Below are positions 26,659 through 40,076 of a stretch of DNA of 64,000 nt, piece by piece. Origin of the DNA: Octopus bimaculoides. Lineage: Eukaryota. The first letter of the stretch is position 1, and the number at the start of each line of letters is the position of its first letter. Under the pieces are notes generated by a model. It did not search any database. It saw only the letters and a program-made list of their open reading frames with translations, and was not told where the DNA came from. The position numbers were made by a program, and so were the translations under genes. The stretch is from positions 125,313,924-125,377,923 of the forward strand of contig NC_068982.1 in NCBI RefSeq assembly GCF_001194135.2. Direction: 5' to 3'.

Positions 26659-27007
26659 CTTAAAAAGAAATGCCATGAAAAGTAAAATCAAAGGGGTCCA
26701 CTGATAGTAAGTAATTTCTGCATCCGAACGTGTAGTGAGGTCTGTAGGTATGATGTCGTTCATTGATATGTAGTAGGTATTTGAAATCCAGCAGTATGAT
26801 TTCACATACTCGACATAATGTCCAGGAAATTCAGCAGGAGCCCAACAATGAATTGGGTCTCCAACATATTGTGTGGTTGTGACTACGATAGCAAATAGAA
26901 CAAGCAGAAAAACTGTCCACAAATGATTAAGCCGATCACCCCAGTCATCATTGGTGCTGCCCCGCAGTCTCGACCATGACATAAACCCACCAAGTATTGA
27001 GCCAATC
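26659..27007 (-). CDS. inx: Innexin, internal coding exon (116 codons + 1 nt; N-terminal region, TM1, extracellular loop 1, most of TM2)
   Basis: Reads (G)IGSILGGFMSWSRLRGSTNDDWGDRLNHLWT...QYVGDPIHCW.P..F...Y...YCWISNTYY...ITYYQWTP..LLFMAFLFK, with DDxxDRL, GDPIHCW and YYQW signatures. Acceptor tttatctttccag|G at 27007; donor AAG|GTAAGA at 26659. Confidence 0.96.
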
Positions 27008-29179
27008 CTGGAAAGATAAATAGAAAAATATAAATAAATAAATATGAAATATTGAAATAATAAAAGCCAAATTAGTTAAGGTTATTGCCCTAAATAATAC
27101 AATTTAGAACATGACTATTGTAAAGTACATATTTACTATTGGCATGTGAACCAACCAATTCCTTTAGTACACCATACACATTAAATTAATTTGTTGCAAC
27201 TTCTGGTTTTCTATGCTAGCATGGATTAGATGGGTACATATTTGAAATGGTAATTTACATCTGGATACTCTTCCTGTCACTAATCTATACTGGTTTTTTT
27301 TCAAGGGATTTTTTTTTTATCCCACTGGTCTCCAAAGCACAAGCAGCAAACCATAATATCAATAAGGAATGTACATATTTGCATAATACAGGTATATCTA
27401 ACACAGGCATGCCAGCATCTACAGCAATAATCATACAAAATACAAAACATCAATATTTAATATCTGGCCCTTTAAGTATTGTAATTACTGTTTGAACTTA
27501 AATTTGTAAAGCAACCCAAGCTACAAGATATGGTTACTTCAAATATGAATAAAATATGCATTATACTTGACAGAATTTGAATAATAAATAGAACATTAAC
27601 AAATTGGGGTTAGTACTAACATTTAAGAGACCATTAGTAAAGTGAAGTCAATACAAACATAGTTAACAGACCATAAAGGTAGGACAGAATATTGGCAAGA
27701 GTTGTGGTTTTTAACTTGACCCCCACCTGACCACAAATCTCACCAGTCAACTTTGTCTTTCAGCCTTCCAGGGTCAATAAATTAAGTACCTGTCCAGAGC
27801 AATGCAGGGATTGGTGAAATTTATTAGAGAACCAGATAAGGTGCATTGCAGTATGTGTGTATATCTAACTCTGTATTCTGACGGAAACATTTGTGACAAA
27901 TAATGATGTCAAATAGTTCAGCTTTTGCTTTTTCCTAGTACAAAATCAGTGGTGTGGATAAGGACACATTTGCATGCAAAGTTAACTGTTGGTCCTCCAT
28001 GAAGTTCAACAATATATTGAAGAAAAAATACCCAAATCTATCTTTATGCAAAGTGATGAGAGCTTAAAAAGGAAGACAGGGGAGATGCATGGGTACCCTG
28101 TTTGGAAGAGGAATAATGAGAAGTGGTACGACTTCATTTATTTTAACTTAACAAATATTGTAAAATGATTTTGGTATCCTTATGAGTTTTCCATAGAAAA
28201 AGATAATTAAATTAAAAAAGAGAATAGTCATAAAAATTAACATCAATTTGACTAACAGGTGTAGAAGAATAAAGTTTTCCCATGGAACAATAAAATTTAT
28301 CGTGAAAATTTTTTTTACCCCAAACCAGTTATAAAAATTCCAAAGCTGAAGGGTAAAATTAAAAGACTACTAATAAATAACTGTAAACATGAGAAAATAA
28401 TGGTATGAAATTGTTTTAGCTTTCCAGTGGGAACTACACTATTATTGTTTCATATGAATGATCAATAAAAAAACAGAAGCTCAAGATATTGAAGTATTGA
28501 TTTTGGTATTAAGAAAAGTGCTTCTTACTGTCAGAGACATTTCTAATTGTACAGGTAAATACAGAGATTGTTTCTTTGGACATTGTGCCTGTTACATAAC
28601 CTCCAGACTTTTCACCATTATCACCTGATATTTATTTTTTTTTTAACACTATTTATAATTTTCCAGATACTTTTATCTAAACACAATGCCTTCCTCTCAC
28701 ACAATACAATTACACCTACACACAATCATATCACACCCCCACTATCCCATGCCACTACACTCCTGTACTTACACACCTCCACACATCCCGTCCCACCATA
28801 CACACACCTCTCCCTGGTTAACTCTATACACAGATAACTTCCTGTATATACACACACCTACCCCACCTATGCCTTCCCTTCTAACTTCCCTCCTAACAAA
28901 CTGCTTTACTATCTGGCCCTTAACCATGCCCCCCCCCACCACTTCGCGGACTAACTTACCTAACCACCTTTTCTCATTTTTTCTGCTTTCCCCTGTATTT
29001 AAGTGTTAAACTAATACATTTATTATAACTTGTACTTCCTGTTTCATTTTTATTTTTATACTCATGTCTAAGTATAGGAATGATGCTCAATGAAACAAGA
29101 ATATTGGAATTTCATGCTAGCAGAATTAAGACAGAACTAGATTCAAATCAAAGAAAGCACAGGAAGAAGTTATCAATAC

Positions 29180-29460
29180 ATCATCATCATCATCATCATT
29201 TAACGTCCACTTTCTATGCTAACATGGGTTGGACGATTTCACTGAGGACTGGTGGACCAGGAGGCGACACCAGGCTCCAATCTGATTTGGCAGAGTTTCT
29301 ACAGCTGGATGCCCTTCCGAACGCCAACCACTCCGAGAGTGTAGTGGGTGCTTTTACATGTCAGGCGGTACTGGAGACGGCCATGCTTGAAATGGTGTAT
29401 TTTACGTGCCACCTGCACAGGAACCAGTCCATTGGCACTGGCAACGATCTTGCTCGAATG
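29180..29460 (-). mobile_element. RTE-tailed SINE copy
   Basis: (CAT)n followed by sequence homologous to 25966-26250. Confidence 0.8.
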
Positions 29461-29570
29461 TCTTTAATAAAAAGTTTCTCTAATCAGATACCTAGTCTAA
29501 CTCATGTAAATGTAGAAAATAACAAGACAGTGAGCCTTGAAAAATATAAAACTGGTAGCACAAACTTTAA

Positions 29571-29796
29571 CCCATAGCATTTAAACTGGCCACATCTGGC
29601 TTAAAATATTCTTCATGCTCTATGTACAAAGTGGCCAGATCTGATCTCTCACACCAACTCTACCTATACTATACATGTCATTCCAAAAAGTAACAGTTAC
29701 TTCATCAAAATCTCGAAGCTACAAGATAATGCATGGCGAATTCAAAACAATATGAATACATTAGCATTACGTTTGACAGAATGTGAATACTAACAG
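29571..29796. mobile_element. TTAA-flanked (piggyBac-like) MITE
   Basis: TTAA on both sides (29567-29570 and 29797-29800); imperfect TIRs CCCATAGCATT / AATACTAACAG; the body is homologous to 25049-25455 in reverse. Confidence 0.72.
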
Positions 29797-30029
29797 TTAA
29801 GTGAGAAACAATTTTGTATTAAGATTTTGCTGACATTTTCGTCTTTTTATTTTCTTAATGTTATCAATTCCTATACTAAATAATATTTTGGAACCAGTAG
29901 GAATTACCAATTTGCTTATCTGTACCCTTCTTTTACCTGTATATCATTTAATTGGTTGAAATATTATCAGATATAGGATACATATGATAAGAAATACATT
30001 TGGAAAGTATATTAGTAGAATATACACAT

Positions 30030-30420
30030 GATGCAGGAGTGGCTGTGTGGTAAGTTGCTTGCTTACCAGCCACATGGTTCCCGGGTTCAGTCCCACTGCA
30101 TGGCACCTTGGGCAAGTGTCTTCTGCTGTAGCCTCAGGCCAACCAAAGCCTTGTGAGTGGATTTGGTTGACGGAAACTGAAAGAAGCCTGTTGTATATAT
30201 GTATATATATGTGTGTGTTTATGTGTCTGTGCTTGTTCCCCCAACGTTGCATGACAACCGATGCTGGTGTGTTTACGTCCCCGTAACTTAGCGGTTCGGC
30301 AAGAGTGACCGATAGAATAAGTACTAGGCTTACAAAGAATAAGTCCTGGGGTCGATTTGTTCAACTAAATGTGGTGCTCCAGCATGGCTGCAATCAAATG
30401 ACTGAAACAAGTAAAAGAGT
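30030..30420 (+). mobile_element. tRNA/CORE-like composite SINE family B, full length
   Basis: Head gcaggagtggctgtgtggtaag...ggttcagtccc, CORE-like accttgggcaagtgtc, an internal microsatellite and a 3' module to gaaacaagtaaaagag. Further copies lie near 3060, 16930, 18370, 26420, 33470, 54610 and 61770. Confidence 0.85.
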
Positions 30421-32412
30421 ATGTCAAAAGAAATGTCATTTACAGTAAGAGAATGTTTTCTTTGATTTAATCTTGCTACTTCAACATCTTGAACTTCTGT
30501 TCCTTTATTGATCTTCCATAAAATATGGAATAATGGAATGGCTTCAACAAGGAAAGCAAAAATCTTCATCTTTTGTCATTGTCATTGGGTCAATATCCAC
30601 TTTTCTATGCTTGCATGAATCAGAATTTGTAAAAAGCAAATTTTCTATGTCAAGAAGGCCTCATTGCTGCCAATTCTAACCTATTTCCAAGCAAAGTAAT
30701 ATACACACACATATACATCTGTATGTATGCATGTGCACACACACAGTGGGCCTCTTTTTTCTTATAGTTTCCACCTGCCAAATCAAGATTTTGGTTTACT
30801 TGGGGCTGTAGTAGAAGACACTTAGCTGCAATGCAGTGGAACTCTACTTGAAACCTTGAGGTGGGAAGTGAATGACCTTAACCACATGCCCGTGTCTATT
30901 ATTAACCTCATATACACATTTTACTTTATCCTGCAAATACACCTTTCATTCTGTCGGCATTTATTCAACATAATCACTAGAGCAAAGACTACAGGCTGCA
31001 CCCATTTAACCAAGCTAAAAATAAGCAGCTCAGTTATGTCACTATAACTCAAATTATTAGCTGGAAATGTACACTCTAAACTATGGAAAATACAAAGCTG
31101 TACACAACAAATATGTGAAAGAAAATGTAGCTGCACTGCATTTTCTAATTTTTGTTTAGCAATCGTTTCTGTTGAATTAGTGGGGAAAATGTCAGCAAAG
31201 TCAAAGATTTTACTATTAAAACCCAAGTTGTGAAGATTACTCGAGGAAAAAAAAAATTTTGTAAGTTTGACAAATAGAAATTACTTTGAGGTCATTTGAT
31301 CAGCTAAATCACTTTATAAAGATTGAGTAACAAAATAAATTTAAACTGTGCATTAACCATTTTGTGATCATATTTCTAATGAAATGCTCTGCTTATACGT
31401 TTCAAATTATTGAAAATATTCAAGGATTTGGAAGGGATAAGATAGCTTAAGCCCTTTAGCATTCACATTATCAAATGTAATGCTTGTCTATTCACAACTC
31501 CTGGTCCATTGTCATTTCCTCAGTGAGGCCCAGCATCTGAAGATTCTTTCTCACCACTTCATCCCATGTCTTCCTCTTCCACAGGTTCCCTCCACTATTA
31601 GAGATCTAACTAGTAAATTATTCGGGCCAGATGCAGCCAATTTAAATGCTAATAGGTTCTTAGTTGGCACCAAACATATCAAATAGTCATAAAAATAAGG
31701 CGGTTACATAAATAATTGCCAAAATGTGCTTGTGGCTAAATACATTTTCAGTAATTATTAACCATACCAACACTGAAATAGAACTTTAGATCCACTGGCA
31801 GAATTTGAACTTGCGACCTTGAGGTCAGTAGTCTAGCATATTAATAACTTGGCTTCCACAAGATTTTTTTAAAGCTGTTTATTAAATTTTCTGCAAGAAA
31901 GCCACTTTCTTGGCAAACAAACAAAATAATGGGAATAGCTCAGACAACAAACTGTCAATTGAAAAAAATGGAACAAAAGACTAAATCTTGATTAGAATTA
32001 AGGTACCAGGGTGGGGCAGGGTAATGCGGTCAGCAGACATTCTTAAATTCTACTAGGTTAGTCTGGCCTAGCCAGCTTTCAGGAATGGACAATAAAAAAA
32101 CTACNNNNNNNNNNNNNNNNNNNNNNNNNNNNNNNNNNNNNNNNNNNNNNNNNNNNNNNNNNNNNNNNNNNNNNNNNNNNNNNNNNNNNNNNNNNNNNNN
32201 NNNNNNNNNNNNNNNNNNNNNNNNNNNNNNNNNNNNNNNNNNNNNNNNNNNNNNNNNNNNNNNNNNNNNNNNNNNNNNNNNNNNNNNNNNNNNNNNNNNN
32301 NNNNNNNNNNNNNNNNNNNNNNNNNNNNNNNNNNNNNNNNNNNNNNNNNNNNNNNNNNNNNNNNNNNNNNNNNNNNNNNNNNNNNNNNNNNNNNNNNNNN
32401 NNNNNNNNNNNN

Positions 32413-32451
<39 letters not shown>

Positions 32452-34169
32452 ACAGGTTTTAAGTACAAGTGTAAAATTTTGAAAGCTGAAGGACTAAACT
32501 GTTGCTATTATTTTCATGTCCATTTTTCCATGCTTGCATGGGTTAGATATTTGTTGAGGCAGATTTTCAATAGCTGGATGCCCTTCTTGTCACAAACTCT
32601 GACCTGTTTCACCATCATTTTAATGTCGGTTTTTCATGCTGGCATGGGTTGGATGGTTTGACAGGAGCCTCACCAGGTTCCATAGCCTGTTTTGACAGTT
32701 GCAACAGTTGGATGCCCTTCCTAATGCCAACCACTTTATAAGAGTGTGCTGGGTGCTTTTGATGTAGCACCAGCAACAGTGCCTTTTACATGGCACCAGC
32801 ACCAGTTTACAAACATATTTCTCCAAGTCTTTCAGACACAAACAGTACAATGGCATGACATGCTATCAAGGAAGGCTGCAAATGGATGACACTATTTGTA
32901 TGATGGTAACAGCAGTTAGTAATTAGCACCAATATGTCAAAACAAGCACACACACATACAAGTCTAGGGCCTGAATAGAAAACATTTGCGCAATGTGTCA
33001 TGCAGTAGGACTGAATTTGTAATCACATGGTTGCAAAGAGAATTTCTCAACCACAAAGCCGTGCCTGCACCTAATCGAGTACGTTAATCATATTTTGTCT
33101 AACAAAAATATACCAAACAACTTGTTAACTAAAAATGTATCTCATACAAAGCAGTTAATTAGCAGAATTTAGTAACTTGGTTTCATAAGACTCCATCCAG
33201 GTGTCCATGAAATACAAATTACACATACTTTCACAGATGAAATTTACTCACTAAGCATTTACAAAAATAATTAGTTTTGATTGAAACAAAACCCTATTAT
33301 AGTCAAAACCAGCATAATCCTAATAGATTAGTATTAAAAGATTTGCCGATTAACCAAGATAGGATTTAAAAATTCAAGCATATACAAAATAAGGAGCAAA
33401 ACTCTACCACAGATACCTACATACAATAATGCATCTTTATGTCACTTAAATTCAAATGCAGAGTTAAAATGCGGTGGTTTCCCATGGTTATGTGGTTAAG
33501 ATTACTTTGCAGCCATGTGGTTTAGGTTCAGTCCCACTGGGACCCTGTCTTCTGCAATAAGCCAAGGCTGACCAATGCCTTGTGAATGAATTCGGTAAAT
33601 GGAGGAGACTGTGACAGCCTGTCATGTATATGTGCGTGTAGAGAGAGACCTCCAGAAAAAGTACCAGACTTAAGAAGAAATAAGTACTGGGGTAAATATG
33701 TTTAACTGAACTTTTCAAGGTGGTCCCCAACATGGCCATACTCCAATGAGTGAACCAAGTAAAAGATAAAAGCTACAACCACCAATTTAGTACATCACAC
33801 ATCCTCTCTGTTATAGAGAGTATAGAATTTCTCATTAACATCTAATAGGCAGCTGAAAGAAGCATACAATTTGGAGAATACGCCATAATAAAAAGATCAT
33901 ATGACTGTCTAAAAGGTTAAAAGAGTTTATAGCTGTCAGCTTGTGCTTTTGGACTAAGTAAGTTGTGGAAGACCATTTATATTGACAATGCAAGGATGCT
34001 AATCATGTTAATCTTTCAAACCACAAGACTGACTTTTGCTCTTTAACCCTTCAACATTCAGATTACTTTATCAGATGTAATGCTTATACTTATTCCACGT
34101 TACTTTGGATAAATCCTGCATTATCTCATATCGTTGCAATTTTTTATTTTAACAATGTGATATTACTCT

Positions 34170-34383
34170 TTACTCTCTCTTTTACTTGTTTCAGTCATTT
34201 GACTGTGGCCATGCTGGAGCACCGCCTTTAGTCGAGCAAATCGACCCCAGGACTTATTCTTTGGAAGCCCAGTACTTATTCTATCTGTCTCTTTTGTCGA
34301 ACCGCTAAGTTACGGGGACATAAACACACCAGCATCGGTTGTCAAGCGATGTTGGGGGGACAAATACAGACGCACAAACACAA

Positions 34384-34420
<37 letters not shown>

Positions 34421-34545
34421 CACGACGGGCTTCTTTCAGTTTCCGTCTACCAAACCCACTTGCCCAAGATGCTATGCAGTGGGACTGAACCCGGAACCAT
34501 GTGGTTAGTAAGCAAGCTACTTACCACACAGTCACTCCTATTGTA
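34170..34545 (-). mobile_element. SINE family B inserted in a TTAA-MITE (34047-34585)
   Basis: Reverse complement of the 30030-30420 element, with MITE halves on both sides. Confidence 0.8.
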
Positions 34546-34865
34546 GTGTAAGAGGCCAGATCTACCCAGTTTTAATGCTAAAGATTTAAAGCATCACAGG
34601 ATAACTTGTGGTGAGGCAAGAATTTAAGTTTTTACTTTCATTAAAAAAAAACAAAAAAAAACTGAAAATAGTCTATCTCATAACCCATTCACTTAAATTG
34701 AGTAGGAGTTAAAAATATCAGCAAAGATAGAGTTCTACCATCTGCAACGATTTATAAATCTAAACAAATATCAGTCATCAGCCTTGAAATAAATTTAACC
34801 ATGAGAAAAAGTTGACTTTTCTTGAAAATAATTCAGTCAATAGCACAACTCTGTGCTGGATGGAT

Positions 34866-34908
<43 letters not shown>

Positions 34909-35943
34909 TACACAAAGGGAAGAAATTAAAACCTTTATTTCTTTCTTTTAAGGCATAGTTACTGATTTACAGACAATTAAAAAGTTGTTGACACACAGAA
35001 ATTAGATAGAGCATAGGCAGAAATAGCTGAAAGATATGAAATCATAAAGGCCTATGGTGACAAACTGGTTTGACAAGAAAACAGTAAACAAGCCCTGAAT
35101 TAGTAACTATAGAAGTTGATACAGTAGTCAGTATACAAATATACGAAGATTTTATACCTCTACCAACAGACTGTTATAGGTGTGTCTAAGAAAAGTTTAC
35201 AAGGAGATATTATGTAATAAATATCAATAACAAGCCTATACTGATAGGACTGAATAATAATGAAATAATGTCCAATAAAAGAGTAATTTCTTTTAAAGAA
35301 AGTTGACAATTGATTCTGGACATTATAAAGTGTAGTAGCAGAAGTTTTACAGCATCAGAGAAAATACCTTCAAGCTTTGAGTTCAGCTTTGTTTTTTTTC
35401 ATCCTTTCAGTATCACTAAATTATCAACCAAATCCAGTGGGTAGAGATAATGAAGAAACCCTCAGCCTTCAAAATTACTAGCCTTGTGCCTGCATAATGC
35501 CTAAACAAAGATTTTCTACTTAAATTTTCATTATCAGCTAAAATGACTAAGGCAGTGGTTGAAAGGGAACCTTTATATGTTGGAAGTCTACATTGAAGCT
35601 AACTGCTAACAAGGTTGCATTGCAAAACTAAAATTTCTGAACAGCAGAACCTTATTATTTCTATAAAATATAATAAACCATTCATTAAAAAAATTATCAA
35701 AATTTAAAAGGGAGTTTTAGAATAAGCTATCTGCATTATTAGCTAATTGATTTTGATTTTTAATGCAAGACATAGAAGTTTTTATAAAATTTGTAATTAA
35801 TTGAAAAGATAAATTTAAATATTAGATAAAAATGTATTCCAGAATAATGATTTTCCCCTCAAATGTACTTGTTTCTGAAGGTTTGTTCCACTTGCAACAT
35901 AATGGTTGGACAAGTTCAGCTACTTCATAGAAGAATAATTGGT

Positions 35944-36067
35944 AATTTTTCAGATTAACACCTGCACGATTTTCACTAGGGTGTTAGGGTTAGGGTTAGG
36001 GAATTCCGTCCCTAACCCTGACCCTAACACCCTAGTGAAGATCATGCGGGTGTTAATCTGAAAAATT
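35944..36067. repeat. 124-bp palindrome with inward-facing telomeric TTAGGG repeats
   Basis: Two 59-nt arms, 55/59 complementary, around a 6-nt loop (attccg); gttagggttagggttaggg faces ccctaaccctgaccctaac. Confidence 0.93.
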
Positions 36068-39000
36068 ATTGAATAATTTAATGCCCAGAATTAGAAAGAA
36101 TTGAAGCTGTAAAACAAAGTGCTCAGCATTCATGTCTAAATTTACATCTCACCAATAGAAAAAAAATAGTGTTCTGTCTGCATAGAATACATACAGCACT
36201 TTCTACATCAATAGCTGTAAATCATCTGCAACCAGTTTTTGCTTTTGGATCCCCTTTGAAACCCATTTTACTCTACTCAGACCCCTTTAGCCATTTGATG
36301 TTGGAAAAATCCCATTATAATTTTATAAATAAATATTATTTGAAAGTATGTATAGAAAATTGTTAAAATAATTTGTGTATTGCAAGTGTAACCAATTTAT
36401 TGCACATAATTCTTAACAATGTGGACCACTAAGGGTCATGCAGACCCCTGATTGAGAATCACTGATCAACATATTCAGAAAATCTAGTAAGGACACACCA
36501 TCTGGCCATGAGAGTGGCATGGTTCATAGCAAGCACCAAACTCACAGACCCTGTTACATTATTCACACTCAAATCTACAATCCTCTCCCAATAAGCTCAG
36601 ACAAAAAGAAATACAAATAACAGCTACCTCAATAGTGTGTCACAAAAAAACAAAAATAGTTAAGTGTTCTGAGGAATCAACCCATCTCTACTGTGCTCAC
36701 TTCCAGAAACAGAATGGACAGTAATGGCTCTCACCCAAGCAGAGGCATGGAATGCATGAAACAGGACTAAATGTGTCGCAAGTCACCTTATTAACTTAAG
36801 CATGTAAAGTATAAATCATAAAAGTGGATTATATACATGCAAATATGAATAAATATATATTTACTAATGAGTAATTTACACAAGTGGCAAGAATTATTGA
36901 TTTATTGGTTTACTAACTATTTAAATTTCATACTTTATAAAAAGCTTAAGACTTTAGATCCAATCAATACTGCATGCATACTTCTTTACTTCGTCAAATG
37001 AAGAATATTTATCAGTATAGAATACCTCTAAATCATTGATCAGATTTCCTTTTTACAGAATAGAAACGAGATCTTCCTTTATTTTAAATAAATCCAAACT
37101 CTTTTTGCTCCCAAATTAACAACTGTGGGCATCGAAGTAGGAAAGAGCAAACAGCTTCAGACCAGAGAATGACACCAAGCCCATAGAGCATTTTCACCCA
37201 ACCACACAATACTGTATGAGTGAGTCATTATTTACCCTATTTCCAACATAAATTTTTATTCTTCAGCTATACCGAAAATATATACTTCCATTCACTATAG
37301 AAGTAGTCCATGACTGCTCTGAACCATGCATGCGCCTTTGCCCAACTCTCTCTCAGCCAGCACATGATAATTCAAGATGGCACTATTTCTTCCATAACAG
37401 ACAGCAGCCTTAAATTAAACGCCTTTTCTAAAATTATCACAACAATAATAACTGATTTCTTTTTCCAAGTTATCTAAAAACCTTTTCACTTTTCAGCAAA
37501 TGAAATCTTCTCATGAGAGTGCAAAAACTTGAAGTTCACTGGATAGCTATACCACCAACAGAAAAACAAAGAACTAAGTTCCACACATTCTGGTCAAAAA
37601 GGAACTTCAGAGCTATTTACAATAATACTATTTCACGTATATTGTTTATAAAACTCTCACCTTCCAGCATCTTATTTATACATCTTGCTGGAAAATATTG
37701 ATCTATGTTGTTCTATGATTGAGAAGTTATATTATCTATAAAGGATATTGAGTTCACAGTTTAAAATGAAAAGATAAATAGTGAAATTGATACATTGATC
37801 CTGTTCTAATGTAAAATAGAATATAAAATACAAATATTGAAAAGTTAAAATTAAAAAATGAAAATTTAAACTATTAACAAATAAAGTCATCTATAAAGTT
37901 TACTTTATTCATCACTACTTATTAGTAGTTTCCAATGTACATACATATATTGTTCAAGTGATAATACTGCTATAGTTTTAATAATGATTCTCATTGTTGT
38001 TATATGGTTTCAAATATCTAACACGGACTTGTAACAATCAAGCACGCTCGCGCGCGCGCGGGCATACACACACATTATTATACATATACACAGACACAAA
38101 AGCACAATATATGTACAATGAACAAAACTCAGCCCTTGAATCAGTAACTTCTGAAGCATGCTTTTGTAGTTAAACACAAACACACACGTGTGTGTGTGTG
38201 TTTGTATTTTTAAAATAGCTAAACCTCTGTGTGTAATTGGACATATTTCAGATTACTAATTATAAAGAAGTTGATTGCAAAATACATTTTACATATGTGA
38301 GTATACGTCTATCACCAATACACATCTAAACGAACAGAGGAATTTGCTTAAAAAAAAAAAAAAAAAGATCAGGAAATCTCCTTCAAAACCAAATTTTGCA
38401 GTCGTTATTGTAGGAGACATCGGTTGAACAAAGGGAGGAATGATCACAACTGGAATGCATTTGAAGAATGTGTGCCCCAGGGCTAAACAACTGAACGTTC
38501 TCCACATCACCACGACATTTACTATGCTCTGTCGTCCCAACGAACCAAGCAACTGATCCCATTAAACTCTTGGAAATTTTGGAGGGATGGGTTTATTTTG
38601 CAAGGTCAGATTAATGGAAATTAATTAAATTATATGGCTTGAATGAGGAGTAAGAAACATATAAAGGAAATTTCAGGAGTGGCTTTTAAATAAAGGCTTA
38701 AACAAAAAAAAAAGGCGGTAGATGCAGTAATAACAGAAAAGGGGAAAGAAAGTCAGCCTTAGTGTAGGGAGCTACAGTTTGCACCAACTTAAAGCCAAAG
38801 GATAGCCAGTTTCTTACAAGAATATTTTAGTTATTCTGTATATTAATTGCTGTCAGTTTGTGATAGTTTTATATTATATTATGTCTGGAAAATTAAGGAT
38901 ATATTTCAAGTGCATTAAAAAAACAAGTCACAAAGCAATCACGTTTTCCGGTCCAACTAAATTTTTCAAAAGGCAAAATTATTTCAAGTAGTTCCAAACT

Positions 39001-39171
39001 AGGCTACAAGCAATGAACAAATGTTCATACTTTCTTGCCTCTAGTTATTTTCTTTACAAACTATTCTAGAACATACATTAAAAAGTATCTAAAAGAGAAC
39101 ATCAAAAGAATATTGTTATATTGTTAAGATTTAGCATGCAACCTCTGATTTATATAAACAATAAGTGTACA

Positions 39172-39345
39172 GATTAGCGGTATTTCGTCTGTCTTTACGT
39201 TCTAAGTTCAAATTCCGCCGAGGTTAACTTTGCCTTTCATCCTTTTAGAGTCGATAAATCAATTAACAGTTGTGTACTGTATCGATCTAATCGACTGGAC
39301 CCCTCCCCAAAAATTTCGGGTCTTGTGCCTAAAGTAGAAAAGAAT
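39172..39345 (+). mobile_element. SINE family A copy
   Basis: gcggtatttcgtc...gttcaaattccgccgagg...cctttcatcc core. Confidence 0.82.
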
Positions 39346-40059
39346 AAGCGTACAGATTACCCACATACATTAGTATATATTTATAACTATAGTGTCTATA
39401 TACGCAAGAAAAGCCGGTAAGTGGTTAAGAACAGTCACTGAGTCAGGGTTTGAACCCACAAGGTATTTTGGGCAAATATCTTTCAACATACCCTCAGATC
39501 GACCCAAGGCTTATTTATGAGTGAAAATAAAATCTGTCAGACCGACAGGATTAATATTCAAAGCGTCGACCTTTTTTCTGTTACACAATGTATCAAACTG
39601 TGCTCGAGGATTACGTGATTAAGGGTAAGAAAAAGTATATGTGGAATATTCTGTTACTTAAAGAGTGTTGATTCAACTGAGTATGTAACTCAGTTGATCA
39701 CATAAACTAGAATACTCATTGTCGAAAGCGACGGAGATCTACTTCACACACACACACATTATGAATACAGAATGTGTCCATACAGAGTGATTTTGTAGGG
39801 AGAAAGAGATGTATGATAGGCAAGCAGCAGATAGAAAAGGGAGTTACAGCAAGGATATATGAACATTACCAAAATACACAAACACCACATGTTCATAGAG
39901 GCAAAATAAAGGAAAGGTTCTCTTCACAAGAAAATTACCGGGAAAAGATGATCATTTTAAACTATGGCTATAAATAAATGATGTTAGAAAAGGCAGCTTC
40001 TAATTTGAGCTGTACAAAGCAAAGAAAAATTTTATCATAAAAGTAATTCTAAAACTTAC

Positions 40060-40076
40060 TCCTCGTCTGAACCCAT
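40060..40076 (-). CDS. inx: Candidate alternative innexin first coding micro-exon, MGSDEE
   Basis: GCT ATG GGT TCA GAC GAG GA|GTAAGT: G at -3 and +4, consensus donor and phase 2. It joins in frame to 27007 and is preceded by a plausible acceptor (cattctttctag). Confidence 0.4.
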
